DNA from: a virus
Reading direction: 5' to 3' (one strand)
IMG/VR virus record: IMGVR_UViG_3300005673_000094
Coordinates: 1 to 64,000 of that record
DNA length: 64,000 nucleotides
Shown here: positions 17,957 through 26,799 of the stretch, piece after piece
Layout: each line of letters opens with the position of its first letter
Position numbering within the stretch: the first letter of the stretch is position 1
Translations under genes and position numbers: made by a program
The notes under the pieces: model-generated
What the model saw: the letters and a program-made list of their open reading frames with translations, nothing else
Databases searched by the model: none
Told to the model about the DNA's origin: nothing

Positions 17957-18596
17957 GTGTGGCGAACAAAAACAGGTGCGGGCCGAGATCGCCTTTGATC
18001 TCGTATGGAAGCCGAGCCAGGCATCCGCGCTCACGGAGCCAGCGGTGGCATCGTGATGCCTCGACGTACCCAACCTCCAGAGGAAAGATGGTTCCTCTAG
18101 GGATCGATGAAGGGCCGCGCGAGGACCACATTTCAGCATCGAACGGCACGATGACCTCGCCGTCCTCTCCATTCGGCGCCCCGGTGTATCGGCACGCGAG
18201 CCCGGAACTGTTCAGAGCGATCTGGTTGCCGTAGTGGTCGGCGTTCGGCCTAGCCCAAGAGATGACCGGAACGGCCGCCACGAACAGGCGGCCGTCGTCG
18301 ACCTTCTGTCGGAGTTCTGGAGAGTCGAAGTCTTGCTTCCAGCAAGGCTGGTGCAACACCCTGACGAGGAACTCCAGCGAAGGCCGCACCTGCGGCAGGC
18401 CGGTCCGCGGCTCCAGAGGCACGCCCATCTCCGAGTGCTTGGCGCGATGATGGTCGCCGATCGCCGCCCACGACGCGACAACGCTGGCCTCATGTCTTTC
18501 GCGCTGCTGCTGCCGAATGTTTTTCGCTAGATCGGGATTTGATCGGTCGAACAGTCGAGCTACAGCTTCGCACTCCTCCCAGATCGTCTGCCTCAT
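17937..18596 (-). CDS. Hypothetical protein
   Basis: ATGA-coupled to the recombinase. Confidence 0.6.
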   Translation of the reverse strand: MRQTIWEECEAVARLFDRSNPDLAKNIRQQQRERHEASVVASWAAIGDHHRAKHSEMGVPLEPRTGLPQVRPSLEFLVRVLHQPCWKQDFDSPELRQKVDDGRLFVAAVPVISWARPNADHYGNQIALNSSGLACRYTGAPNGEDGEVIVPFDAEMWSSRGPSSIPRGTIFPLEVGYVEASRCHRWLRERGCLARLPYEIKGDLGPHLFLFATPNSSAR

Positions 18597-19306
18597 GGTT
18601 GCCTCTTAATCATCTCCAAGATGGAGCGCGCATCGTAACGTCGACCGCGCTCGTTGATGTGCCCGGCCGCCTCCAGTTCGGCGGCGATCTTGCGAAGTGA
18701 CCTGCGCTCGCCCGTCTTCGGGTTCTTCCTGTGCAGCCGCTTGGCCATGGCAACCGCCTCTGGGACCTTTTCTGCGTTCCGCTTCCGCCCCTCTATCCGG
18801 CGCCCCAGCGCGTTCGACTTCCGGTCCCGAGCCCCCTTGAGCTTCGCCGTCAGGCTGGAACGATCGAACTGCGCCACGGCACCCAAGATCTGACGGATCA
18901 GCGTTGCGGTCGGGCCGTCGTCAAGAAACGAGTTCGGACTGTCGGCGGCGATGAGGGTGATGCCGCCGTCGCGCAGCATGGCATAGGCAACTTCCTGCAC
19001 CATGAGATCGCGGGCCAACCGGTTGGCCGTCTCGACGATGATCGTCCTGACGCCGTCGCTGCGTATCCGCAACTCCATGGCCTTCCAGCCGGGGCGGTCG
19101 CCTACCGGGTCCGTGCCGCTCACCGCGGCGTCGTAGAACCAGTCGCCTTCAGCAATCTGGTATCCGTTGGCTGCGGCGAACCGCTCGATGGCCTGTCGCT
19201 GTCGCTGCTCGCTGTCTTTGTCCTCGCCGACGTTTGTCGCGGAACTCGTCCGCATGTAAGCGACTGCTTTGATGCGTTCTTTACCGCTCGAATGCCCGTC
19301 TGTCAT
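18593..19306 (-). CDS. Serine recombinase (resolvase/invertase family)
   Basis: AVAYMRTSS; DSEQRQ; D..VSG..RPG; IIVE.ANRLARD; RQILGAVAQF. Confidence 0.93.
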   Translation of the reverse strand: MTDGHSSGKERIKAVAYMRTSSATNVGEDKDSEQRQRQAIERFAAANGYQIAEGDWFYDAAVSGTDPVGDRPGWKAMELRIRSDGVRTIIVETANRLARDLMVQEVAYAMLRDGGITLIAADSPNSFLDDGPTATLIRQILGAVAQFDRSSLTAKLKGARDRKSNALGRRIEGRKRNAEKVPEAVAMAKRLHRKNPKTGERRSLRKIAAELEAAGHINERGRRYDARSILEMIKRQP

Positions 19307-19461
19307 GGCGTTTTGCTCGGTCTTTGTGTAGATATCTCCAGATAAACACACGCGACAAGTACGCTTTTCGCAATGCTGCACCGCAACAATCATGGCGCTG
19401 GCAGTAATTGCTGATGCAACAGGTAGGGTTGCACTAGCGTCTCGATCGCGACCACGAACGT

Positions 19462-19890
19462 CTACCTGCACTCCAAGCCTGGCGCGTCGTCGAGCGCGGC
19501 GCTCCGGCACGGGATCGGCGCCACCGCCCGAGCGTTGCGCAGGACGAGCCCGACAGGTCCGAAGAACCACGGGCTCACACTGAGCCGGTCGGCGAGGCTG
19601 GCACGCACCACGTCGACCACATCGACGACACCGATGATGGCGCCGCGCGCCAGGTCCCGCGCCAGCGGGACCTCTGCCTTGGTGATGTCGTTGATCGTCT
19701 CTCCCGCGTCCTCGTACTCGTCGCGCGTCATGCCCGATGAGGCGTGGATACAGACGGGCCCCCGGAAGTCGAGCCCAGGGTTCGGCTTGCGCCAGTCTCG
19801 GTTCTCGATGTCCTTTGGCGGGCTGGCATAGATGATCGCCCATGCCCACGGCTGGCGAACGGAGAGCGCGAGCTTCGGCAGATCATCCAT
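19462..19890 (-). CDS. ASCH domain protein
   Basis: ALSVRQPWAWAI..KDIENR.W..FRGPV.IHAS; GAIIGVV. Confidence 0.85.
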   Translation of the reverse strand: MDDLPKLALSVRQPWAWAIIYASPPKDIENRDWRKPNPGLDFRGPVCIHASSGMTRDEYEDAGETINDITKAEVPLARDLARGAIIGVVDVVDVVRASLADRLSVSPWFFGPVGLVLRNARAVAPIPCRSAALDDAPGLECR

Positions 19891-19902
19891 CGTCCTCGCT
19901 CC

Positions 19903-20157
19903 TCAATCTGGTTTGCCAACAAGGGCTTTGATCGCGTCGATGCGCGCCACCATAGCATCGCGCCACTTCGCCAAAGGATCGCCTTGCGTGAACGGATATT
20001 GATTGCAGATCGCGGCAAACGTGTCGTGATCCTCGCGCAGCGCCTCCTCTAACTCAGCGAGTCGGCTCATCACCGCTTTGTCTCCGCCAGTAAGGGCGGC
20101 AAGCGAGGGGTTGGATAGCCGCGCGTCTATACTGGCAGCGCTTCTGATGTAGTCCAT
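19903..20157 (-). CDS. Hypothetical protein
   Basis: SD GAGGAG. Confidence 0.55.
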   Translation of the reverse strand: MDYIRSAASIDARLSNPSLAALTGGDKAVMSRLAELEEALREDHDTFAAICNQYPFTQGDPLAKWRDAMVARIDAIKALVGKPD

Positions 20158-20167
20158 GATCGCTCCT

Positions 20168-20572
20168 CTATCTTACGGGGGGTGCGGTTTGGATTGGGTG
20201 CCGAGCGCCCAGCCACGCCACGACGCGATACCGTTCGGCGTCGTTAAGACCGGCCATGATCTGCTCGCACTGACGCATCGCTAGCAGTTCGCGCGGCTCA
20301 CCAGCATCCGCATCACAATGCAATCCGCCGAATCCCGTTCTGTGCGAGCGCCGCCGTCGTCGACAAAAATAACCTTCCGGCGCGGGCGGGAACTCCGTCC
20401 ACGTCGGGATTGACCAGTCTCCGTTATAGCCCTCGGCGATAAGCCTGGGCGGCAACGTGCCCTCTGCCTTCCAGGCCCGACCCGGTCGCCACGCCCCCGT
20501 GCCATCTCTGTTGGCTTCGCGGACCCACACCAGAATGGGCCGATCTGTCGGCGCGTTGTCTGCTGTGTTCAT
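20168..20572 (-). CDS. Hypothetical protein (DUF551-like N-terminus)
   Basis: AP.DRPILVW..PT.W..FPP.P. Confidence 0.5.
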   Translation of the reverse strand: MNTADNAPTDRPILVWVREANRDGTGAWRPGRAWKAEGTLPPRLIAEGYNGDWSIPTWTEFPPAPEGYFCRRRRRSHRTGFGGLHCDADAGEPRELLAMRQCEQIMAGLNDAERYRVVAWLGARHPIQTAPPVR

Positions 20573-20595
20573 AGTGGGCCTCTATCGTACAGGCT

Positions 20596-20781
20596 TCAGT
20601 CTTCCAAAAACGCAGCCACGGAACGCGGCGACTTGTAGCCCAGGAACTCTTGAATTTGCCTGATGCTGTAGCCGGCGTCCCGTAGCGTCTTGGCCATCTT
20701 CTTCCGCTCGGTCGTCCGATCCCTTTCGACCTTGCGCGGCTCCGGCAAATGACCCTTGCCGCAGCAGATCGGACACTTCAC
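20596..20781 (-). CDS. Small Zn-finger/HTH protein
   Basis: CPICCGKG plus GYSIRQIQEFLGYKSPRSV. Confidence 0.6.
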   Translation of the reverse strand: MKCPICCGKGHLPEPRKVERDRTTERKKMAKTLRDAGYSIRQIQEFLGYKSPRSVAAFLED

Positions 20782-21032
20782 GCGTCACCGGGCAGCTTGA
20801 TCCGCTGCGGCTTGAAGATTGAGCGCACCGCCCACATGGCGGCCGTCTGCATGTTGCTCACGCCGAGCGCAACGCAGCGCTTGTCGGTGTCAGGATGCGC
20901 GGACAGCTTGTCGAGCCATCGCAGGTATTGCTCCTCTAGCGCCTTACCCTCGTTGGCAAGATCGACGTTGCTCTGCGGTTGCGAGGTGTATCCAGCAACG
21001 GGCATCGGTGCGTGGGTCAATTCGTTCTCCAT
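20778..21032 (-). CDS. Acb2-like cyclic-oligonucleotide sponge (anti-CBASS)
   Basis: VAGY..Q..VDLANEGK.LEE..DKRCVALGVSNMQTAAMWAVRSIFKP matches the Acb2 pattern GY..N..K..RW.A...QT..M...R.I..P. Confidence 0.75.
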   Translation of the reverse strand: MENELTHAPMPVAGYTSQPQSNVDLANEGKALEEQYLRWLDKLSAHPDTDKRCVALGVSNMQTAAMWAVRSIFKPQRIKLPGDA

Positions 21033-21055
21033 TGTAGTCGGGGCTTTCCTGTCGC

Positions 21056-21235
21056 TCACTTCGCGTCTTTGCCGTAGGAGTGTTTGCACTCGGGGCACAC
21101 CCAAAAACCCCGCCGGTCCTTCACCAGCTCCGGCCCCCGGCAACGCCAGTCGCGGCAGAGCCAATTCGTGCAGCGTGCCGTCCGCACAAGCGCCTGATCT
21201 TCGCAATCGGCGCTGTCATCTATCTTGTCGGACAT
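21056..21235 (-). CDS. Small Zn-ribbon protein
   Basis: C..C..WVCPEC..SYG. Confidence 0.55.
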   Translation of the reverse strand: MSDKIDDSADCEDQALVRTARCTNWLCRDWRCRGPELVKDRRGFWVCPECKHSYGKDAK

Positions 21236-21348
21236 GCGGGGCATAGCGGGCCTCTGTCGTCGTCTTGGCGGCACCATCGCCGCCTCATCTGTGGAGCAAT
21301 GTAGACTAGGGCTTGCAGTTTGTAAAGTGCCGTGGCATGTTCAACGGC

Positions 21349-22026
21349 ATGAGGCATGTTGAAAACTTTACCGCGTTCTATCGCAGCCTTCGCGGCCACT
21401 CGGTCGAGCACCAGCGCGAGCTGGTCAAGGCGATCGTCGCTCGCATGGGCGGGCGTATCATCGCCGAGTACACAGCAGACGAGCACGGCGGCGACCGTGA
21501 CGAGTGGATCAGGACGACGCGCCAGCACGAGGGCGCCGTGGTCGCCGGTCTCTATGTCATCCCCGAGCCGGCCACGAAGGGCCGCCGGCCGTCAGCCGAC
21601 TACGCCGCCGCGCTCATGTCGTTGATCCAGCGATGCGCCGTGGTGGTCGATGCCGAGAGTGGCTTGACCTCGCGCGACGGGGCGAAGTGGGTGGCGCTGG
21701 TGGAGAAGCACGCGCACAAGACCGCCGCCGGCCGGACGATGCACCGCAAACGGGCGCAGAAGATGGCCAAGGCAAAGTGGGACAAGGCGCCGCCGACGCC
21801 GGCCGAGAAGTGGTCAGCGCCGAACATGAAGCGCGAGCACAAGAGGTGGGCGCAGCACTGGCGCGACCCCATCTATGCCACGGCACAGGCGGCGTTCGAC
21901 GCGCTGCCGGAAGAGATGCAAGCCGAGATGAAGAACACGCGGCGCATGTACGACATATTCGGCCCGCGTGATCCGACAGGCTCGCGCGGCGGTCGCCCGC
22001 CGGCAGCGAAGAAACGCAAGAGGTAG
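21349..22026 (+). CDS. Degenerate serine-recombinase-like protein
   Basis: AFYRSLRGHSVEHQRELV..GGRIIAEY..DR resembles a resolvase N-terminus without the canonical YxRVS. Confidence 0.4.
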   Translation: MRHVENFTAFYRSLRGHSVEHQRELVKAIVARMGGRIIAEYTADEHGGDRDEWIRTTRQHEGAVVAGLYVIPEPATKGRRPSADYAAALMSLIQRCAVVVDAESGLTSRDGAKWVALVEKHAHKTAAGRTMHRKRAQKMAKAKWDKAPPTPAEKWSAPNMKREHKRWAQHWRDPIYATAQAAFDALPEEMQAEMKNTRRMYDIFGPRDPTGSRGGRPPAAKKRKR

Positions 22027-22038
22027 AGGAGGCCCGGC

Positions 22039-22356
22039 ATGCCATCACATCCAAGCGATGATGACGGAGACCGAAGGTCGGGTAGGAGCACGGAGCAAAT
22101 CAAGCGCGCTCCGCATCGCGCACTGATGGTCACGCCAAACGCAAGACATTGCGACTACTCGCGCCATCTCGCGATTGGGTTGGGTCGCCTCGACGTGCAG
22201 TTCGCTTCTCTGGACACGATCACGCGGAACGGTTGGGAGCGCACGCGAGGGCTGTGGGGTACTGACGCAGTGATGCTCGATCATGCGTGTTGGCACTTCA
22301 TGTCAAAGGCTGAGCGCGAGGAATTTTATCACCTGCAAGCCGCCTATGGGTGGTGA
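22039..22356 (+). CDS. Hypothetical protein
   Basis: SD GAGGAGG. Confidence 0.5.
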   Translation: MPSHPSDDDGDRRSGRSTEQIKRAPHRALMVTPNARHCDYSRHLAIGLGRLDVQFASLDTITRNGWERTRGLWGTDAVMLDHACWHFMSKAEREEFYHLQAAYGW

Positions 22357-22387
22357 CGGAAAACCGGAAGCAAAGGAGGGTCCGCGC

Positions 22388-23383
22388 GTGCGGGTGAAAC
22401 TCGTCCAGATCGACGGCAAGCTGCCGAACTTGGCCCTGATGCAGTTGGCATCGTGGCACAAGGCGCGCGGCGATGATGTCGTCTACACGCGCGACACCTC
22501 GCATGATCTGTTCGAGCCGACCTATGACCGCGTCTACGGCTCGGCGATCTTCAAGTTTTCCGCTGATAAAATCGCGCGGCTTCGCGCCACGTATCCGGCC
22601 GCCATCATCGGCGGCACAGGCACCGACAACGCCACGACGGTGGAAGACGTAATCGGAGAGGAATGGGCAGGTCGCGACTACGCGATATTTCCCGGCTATC
22701 GCGCCAGCCTTGGGTTCACGCAGCGCGGGTGCCGTCTCGCGTGCAAGTTCTGCGTGGTGCCTGGCAAGGAAGGCAAGGCGCGGTCGGTGGCGACGATCGC
22801 CGACATCTGGCGCGGGGATGGGCACCCGAAGCAACTGCACCTGCTCGACAATGACTTTTTCGGCCAGCAGGAGGATCAGTGGCGCGCTCGCGTGGCCGAG
22901 ATCCGCGACGGCGGATTCAAGGTCTGCTTGAGCCAAGGTATCAACGTGCGCCAGATCACGCCGGCGGCCGCCGAGGCGTTGGCATCCATTGAGTACCGGG
23001 ACGACAGCTTTACCGAGCGCCGCGTCTACACGGCCTGGGACAACCTGAAAGACGAAGCCGTGTTCTTCCGTGGTGTCGATATGTTGGAAGCCGCCGGCAT
23101 CCCACCGAAACGAGTGATGGCCTACATGCTGGTTGGCTTCGACAAGCGCGAGACCTGGGATCGTCTTTGGCATCGGTTCACGCGCATGACCGAGCGCGGG
23201 ATTGAGCCCTATCCGATGGTGTTTGACTGCCGCGCGACAGACCCCGATCGCTACCGCGAACTAAAGCGGTTTCAGCGGTGGGTGGTGACGGGTCTCTATC
23301 GCGCCGTGCCGTTCAGCGAGTACGACGCGGGCAAGAAGTCGGGACGAGGCGCGGTTTGCCAGCAGCTTGAGCTTCTGGCGTGA
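22388..23383 (+). CDS. Radical SAM protein
   Basis: PNLALM N-domain; TQRGCRLACKFCVVP (CX3CX2C); LLDNDFF. Confidence 0.9.
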   Translation: MRVKLVQIDGKLPNLALMQLASWHKARGDDVVYTRDTSHDLFEPTYDRVYGSAIFKFSADKIARLRATYPAAIIGGTGTDNATTVEDVIGEEWAGRDYAIFPGYRASLGFTQRGCRLACKFCVVPGKEGKARSVATIADIWRGDGHPKQLHLLDNDFFGQQEDQWRARVAEIRDGGFKVCLSQGINVRQITPAAAEALASIEYRDDSFTERRVYTAWDNLKDEAVFFRGVDMLEAAGIPPKRVMAYMLVGFDKRETWDRLWHRFTRMTERGIEPYPMVFDCRATDPDRYRELKRFQRWVVTGLYRAVPFSEYDAGKKSGRGAVCQQLELLA

Positions 23384-23536
23384 CGACAAAGGAGGCCCTG
23401 CCGTGCCTGAATGGGTGACGCGAGAGCATGACGCGGTGAAGTGGTGGCGCGCGTGGCGCGCTGCGATCTTCCCGGTCTACTTAACCACGCTGCGCGGTAG
23501 GCCGTGGCAAGACACGCAGTAGCAAAGGAGGCTGAG

Positions 23537-23770
23537 ATGCAGATCGAGGATACTGTGCTGCGAGCGATCGAAGAGTGCTGCGCGTGTCGGTATTGGACCG
23601 GCCTTGAAGGATCAGACAGCGACTGCGGAAGGTGCCGCCGGTACCCGCCGACGAAGCACGTGTCGATGGAGACCTCTGGCGACGCGATCAAGCTCAGTGT
23701 GAAGCAGGGTTTCCCCGAGACCTTCCGCGCTTCGTGGTGCGGCGAGTTTGCCAAGGTCGAGAAAGTCTAG
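23537..23770 (+). CDS. CxxC..CRRYPP..WCGEF protein (paralogous motif to 17208)
   Basis: CCACRYW..GRCRRYPP..FP....WCGEF. Confidence 0.65.
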   Translation: MQIEDTVLRAIEECCACRYWTGLEGSDSDCGRCRRYPPTKHVSMETSGDAIKLSVKQGFPETFRASWCGEFAKVEKV

Positions 23771-23778
23771 GAGCCGCT

Positions 23779-24123
23779 ATGGTTGCGATCAATTTCAGCG
23801 AGCGGTTCGCCGGTCCCGTTGAGCGCGGAGAGAAGCGGCAGACGATCCGGCGCAGCAGAAAGTGCGCACCCGGTGATGCGTTGCAACTCTACACGGGCCA
23901 GCGCACGAAGGCGTGCCGCAAGCTGATGGACGCGGTGTGTCGTGACGTCACCTATGTGGGTCTGACCGCGCGTGGCGTGACGCTCGGAGACAAGTCGAAG
24001 TTCCCGAGCGACATCGACGACTTTGCTCGCGCAGACGGCTTCGCCGACTACGCCGAGATGTGGAAGTGGTTCAGCGAGCGATATGAAACCAACAGCTTCA
24101 CCGGCTACGTGATCCGGTGGTGA
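23779..24123 (+). CDS. ASCH/PUA-like protein
   Basis: INF..F...V..GEKRQTIR..PGD.LQLYTG.RTK.C; FARADGF. Confidence 0.75.
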   Translation: MVAINFSERFAGPVERGEKRQTIRRSRKCAPGDALQLYTGQRTKACRKLMDAVCRDVTYVGLTARGVTLGDKSKFPSDIDDFARADGFADYAEMWKWFSERYETNSFTGYVIRW

Positions 24124-24142
24124 CGACTGAGGAGCGCGAGCC

Positions 24143-24418
24143 GTGACCGACGAACGCGACTACAGTGGCGACTACGACCGTCCGCATATCCCAGACGGTC
24201 ACGTGCTGTGCCCGCGATGCGATGGGCACCAGACGGTCAACTGTCACTGCGGCGGCGATCTGTGCGTCTGCGATAACTACGGCGAAGAGCCGTGCCCGCT
24301 CTGCGGAGGTGAGTACGGCGGCGAAGGGTACGTCTCAAAAGAAGTTTACGACCGCTGGTGGGAGATGGCGCGACAGTGGCAGACGGCGTTCGCCGTGCTG
24401 CCGACTGAGCAGAAGTAA
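24143..24418 (+). CDS. Cys-rich (DnaJ-like Zn finger) protein
   Basis: CPRCDG..CHCGGDLCVC..CPLCGG. Confidence 0.6.
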   Translation: MTDERDYSGDYDRPHIPDGHVLCPRCDGHQTVNCHCGGDLCVCDNYGEEPCPLCGGEYGGEGYVSKEVYDRWWEMARQWQTAFAVLPTEQK

Positions 24419-24431
24419 AGGAGCGCGGGCG

Positions 24432-24644
24432 GTGGCTCATCCGAAGCAAGACGAGAGGCCGAAGCGTCACAGATGGGCGCCGGGCAACTACGGCGGCTTG
24501 TGCCATTGGTGCGGCGAGAAATTTGTTGGCGACAAGTTGGCGAGCGAGTGCGCCGACTGCGCGTATGCCGAGCCGCACCCGGCCGAAGCTGGTAAGCCTG
24601 CCCTCGGCGCGCAACGCCTGTGGGAGATATGGCGCAAGAAGTAG
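24432..24644 (+). CDS. Small Zn-finger protein
   Basis: WAPGNY..CHWC..F.GDK.A.ECADCA. Confidence 0.6.
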   Translation: MAHPKQDERPKRHRWAPGNYGGLCHWCGEKFVGDKLASECADCAYAEPHPAEAGKPALGAQRLWEIWRKK

Positions 24645-24654
24645 AGGAGCGACT

Positions 24655-24882
24655 ATGAAGCACTTCAGCAGCATCTACTCGCGCCGCCGAGAGCCCAAGC
24701 GGCCGGTCTATCGAAAGGTGTCGTGGTTGGACGTGCTGCGCGCCGAGCGCAAGGCTGATGCCACCAGCGCTGCGGCCGAGCGCATCATGCTCGACGCTCT
24801 GCTCTACGGCACCGGCATCGGGCTCGCACACGTGCCGCTCGACCGAGCCTTTGCGAGCATGCCGGAAACCTCGGAAGGATAG
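24655..24882 (+). CDS. Hypothetical protein
   Basis: SD GAGGAG. Confidence 0.5.
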   Translation: MKHFSSIYSRRREPKRPVYRKVSWLDVLRAERKADATSAAAERIMLDALLYGTGIGLAHVPLDRAFASMPETSEG

Positions 24883-24888
24883 GAGGCC

Positions 24889-25167
24889 ATGCCGATGCTG
24901 AAGCTATTCGAGTTCTCCGGCGCCGAGACAGATTGGGTTGCCGCGCACGACGAGGCCGAGGCGCGGCGCGTGCTCAAGGCGCATCACGGGATCAGCGACG
25001 AAGACATCGCTAGCAGCTACGAGGACATTGGTGAGGTCGACCCGACCACCATTGAGTGCACGCCCGATGACTGGGATTACGACAACGAGGATGCGGAGAA
25101 GCCGACTGCGCTCGATGAGATGCGCGGCAAGACAACTGCGTTTTTCCTCGGCTCAACCTGCACGTGA
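24889..25167 (+). CDS. Hypothetical acidic protein
   Basis: SD GGAGG. Confidence 0.6.
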   Translation: MPMLKLFEFSGAETDWVAAHDEAEARRVLKAHHGISDEDIASSYEDIGEVDPTTIECTPDDWDYDNEDAEKPTALDEMRGKTTAFFLGSTCT

Positions 25168-25200
25168 CGATGAAGGAGGGTGACATGGGCAAGGTGAAAA

Positions 25201-25452
25201 GTGAGCGACAGGAAAGCCCCGACCATGAAGTGTGTCGCCATAGATGCCGACGACGACGCAGTGTTCGACGCGCAGCGCAATCACTCGAACTGTGAGGGAG
25301 GCGGCTACTGCTGCCCGCACTGCTTGAGGGACAACGAGCACGGCCCTGTTGGTAGCGAGCGCGAGGCGGTCGCGTGCGATCACTGTGGCAAGACGTTCGT
25401 CGTTTGGGATGAGACCGAAATTCGTCAATGCAGCGGCCCGCTGGCTGCGTGA
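25201..25452 (+). CDS. Zn-ribbon protein
   Basis: CPHC..CDHCGKTF. Confidence 0.55.
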   Translation: MSDRKAPTMKCVAIDADDDAVFDAQRNHSNCEGGGYCCPHCLRDNEHGPVGSEREAVACDHCGKTFVVWDETEIRQCSGPLAA

Positions 25453-25465
25453 AGTGGAGGCCGCT

Positions 25466-25831
25466 ATGACATTGCGCAGCACGACATGGCTTGGCGAGAC
25501 GTGGATGAAGGTCGGGGCCGATCGCTCATCCGTCGACGTCAACGTGCAGAAAATGAATGCGCTGGCGGATGCTTACACGCACGGCACCAACACAAGCGAC
25601 GCTGCGTTCGTTGCGTGCGCCGTGCGTTACGCGATCCTTGCCGAACGTGAGGCGTGTGCACGCATTGCCTCCGCCACGGCTGACGGTAGCGACTGCGACA
25701 ACCGGGGTGCGATGGATATGGAAACAGGTGAGGTGCCTTGCGCTGCCGAGCGTCGCGGCGAGGTGTGCACGTGCGCCGAACGCTTCGACCTAGCGCACAA
25801 GATCGCCGACAAGATTCGAGCCCGCAAGTAG
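25466..25831 (+). CDS. Hypothetical protein
   Basis: AILAEREACARIA..IADKIRARK motif common in phage early genes. Confidence 0.6.
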   Translation: MTLRSTTWLGETWMKVGADRSSVDVNVQKMNALADAYTHGTNTSDAAFVACAVRYAILAEREACARIASATADGSDCDNRGAMDMETGEVPCAAERRGEVCTCAERFDLAHKIADKIRARK

Positions 25832-25858
25832 CGACAGGAAAGCCCGCTATCCCAAACG

Positions 25859-25899
25859 AAAAAGGCACCCGCCGACGCGAACGGGCGCGTCGGCGGGTG
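25859..25899 (-). terminator. Rho-independent terminator at the convergence of late and early arms
   Basis: 14-bp stem CACCCGCCGACGCG/CGCGTCGGCGGGTG with a T5 tract on the minus strand. Confidence 0.75.
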
Positions 25900-26082
25900 G
25901 CTCGCTGCCGGGGGAGAGCGCGAGCAATCGACCGGTTCTGCGGCCGGTCGATCTCTTAGGTCACGATGTCAAATAGCGGAACGTCGCTGCCGCAACGACC
26001 AACATCAGCGCCGCGAAAACCTTCTGGTCGTGTCTCGTCTCGACACGAACCAAGCGCCACAGCGCCACCTTCACCAGAGTCC

Positions 26083-26469
26083 TCATTGAGCAAGCCCCTT
26101 GAGCGCCACGAGCACCTTGCCGGCCGAGTCGAGGATCTTGATGACCGGCTCGCTCCAGCCCAGGATGACTACCGCCACCGACACGAGGAGGTAGGTCAGG
26201 CTTGATTTGAGAACCTTCTCCAGCCCCGGCAGAGCCGCCGACGAGGCCTGAGACGCCTCGATCGACGCCATACGAGCGTCGATCGAGTTCATCCTGTGAT
26301 CGCCGTCCTGCAGCCGGCTGTCGATACGGTCCAGCCGCTCGACCGTTTCCTCGACTCGGTCCGCTGTCATAGCTGTCCGCTCGTCTATCCGTCCGATCAG
26401 CATGACGATATCGCTCGTCATGCCCCAGTGCTGGCCGGGGTGGCCGTAAGGGTGGTAGGGGTCGCGCAT
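26083..26469 (-). CDS. Putative holin-like protein (coiled coil plus C-terminal TM)
   Basis: In lysis cassette; TM LTYLLVSVAVVILGW. Confidence 0.5.
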   Translation of the reverse strand: MRDPYHPYGHPGQHWGMTSDIVMLIGRIDERTAMTADRVEETVERLDRIDSRLQDGDHRMNSIDARMASIEASQASSAALPGLEKVLKSSLTYLLVSVAVVILGWSEPVIKILDSAGKVLVALKGLAQ

Positions 26470-26490
26470 CTCTCACGTCGTCCATGGTCG

Positions 26491-26799
26491 TCAGCCCTGC
26501 CTCTTGGCGCGCAAATGAACATGGCGCTGGCAGACCCGATAGTCGTCGCGGACCCGACCGTAAGCCTCTCGGGCGCGCAGCCATGCGCTCGCCCAATGAG
26601 CGTTGACAGCCGTCGCCGACGTCGCCCCGACAGGAAGGTCCGGAACCCGCGGGAGATCATCGGGAACGCGCGCGCGGCACTCGTCAGGAGCCGCTGCAAA
26701 CGAGCGTTGAACCTCGACTGGAATGTATTCTGTCTTGGAACAGCCAGCCGCAACCAGTGCGGCAACCACCATGCCGATTCGGCAACCGCGAGTCATCAT
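26491..26799 (-). CDS. o-spanin-like lipoprotein
   Basis: Lipobox VAAGC; Pro-rich; follows i-spanin. Confidence 0.7.
   Translation of the reverse strand: MMTRGCRIGMVVAALVAAGCSKTEYIPVEVQRSFAAAPDECRARVPDDLPRVPDLPVGATSATAVNAHWASAWLRAREAYGRVRDDYRVCQRHVHLRAKRQG

Noticed and set aside
18593-19306. IS607 TnpA partner of the TnpB
   Set aside because: Lacks the N-terminal HTH of IS607 transposases and lies 20 kb away.
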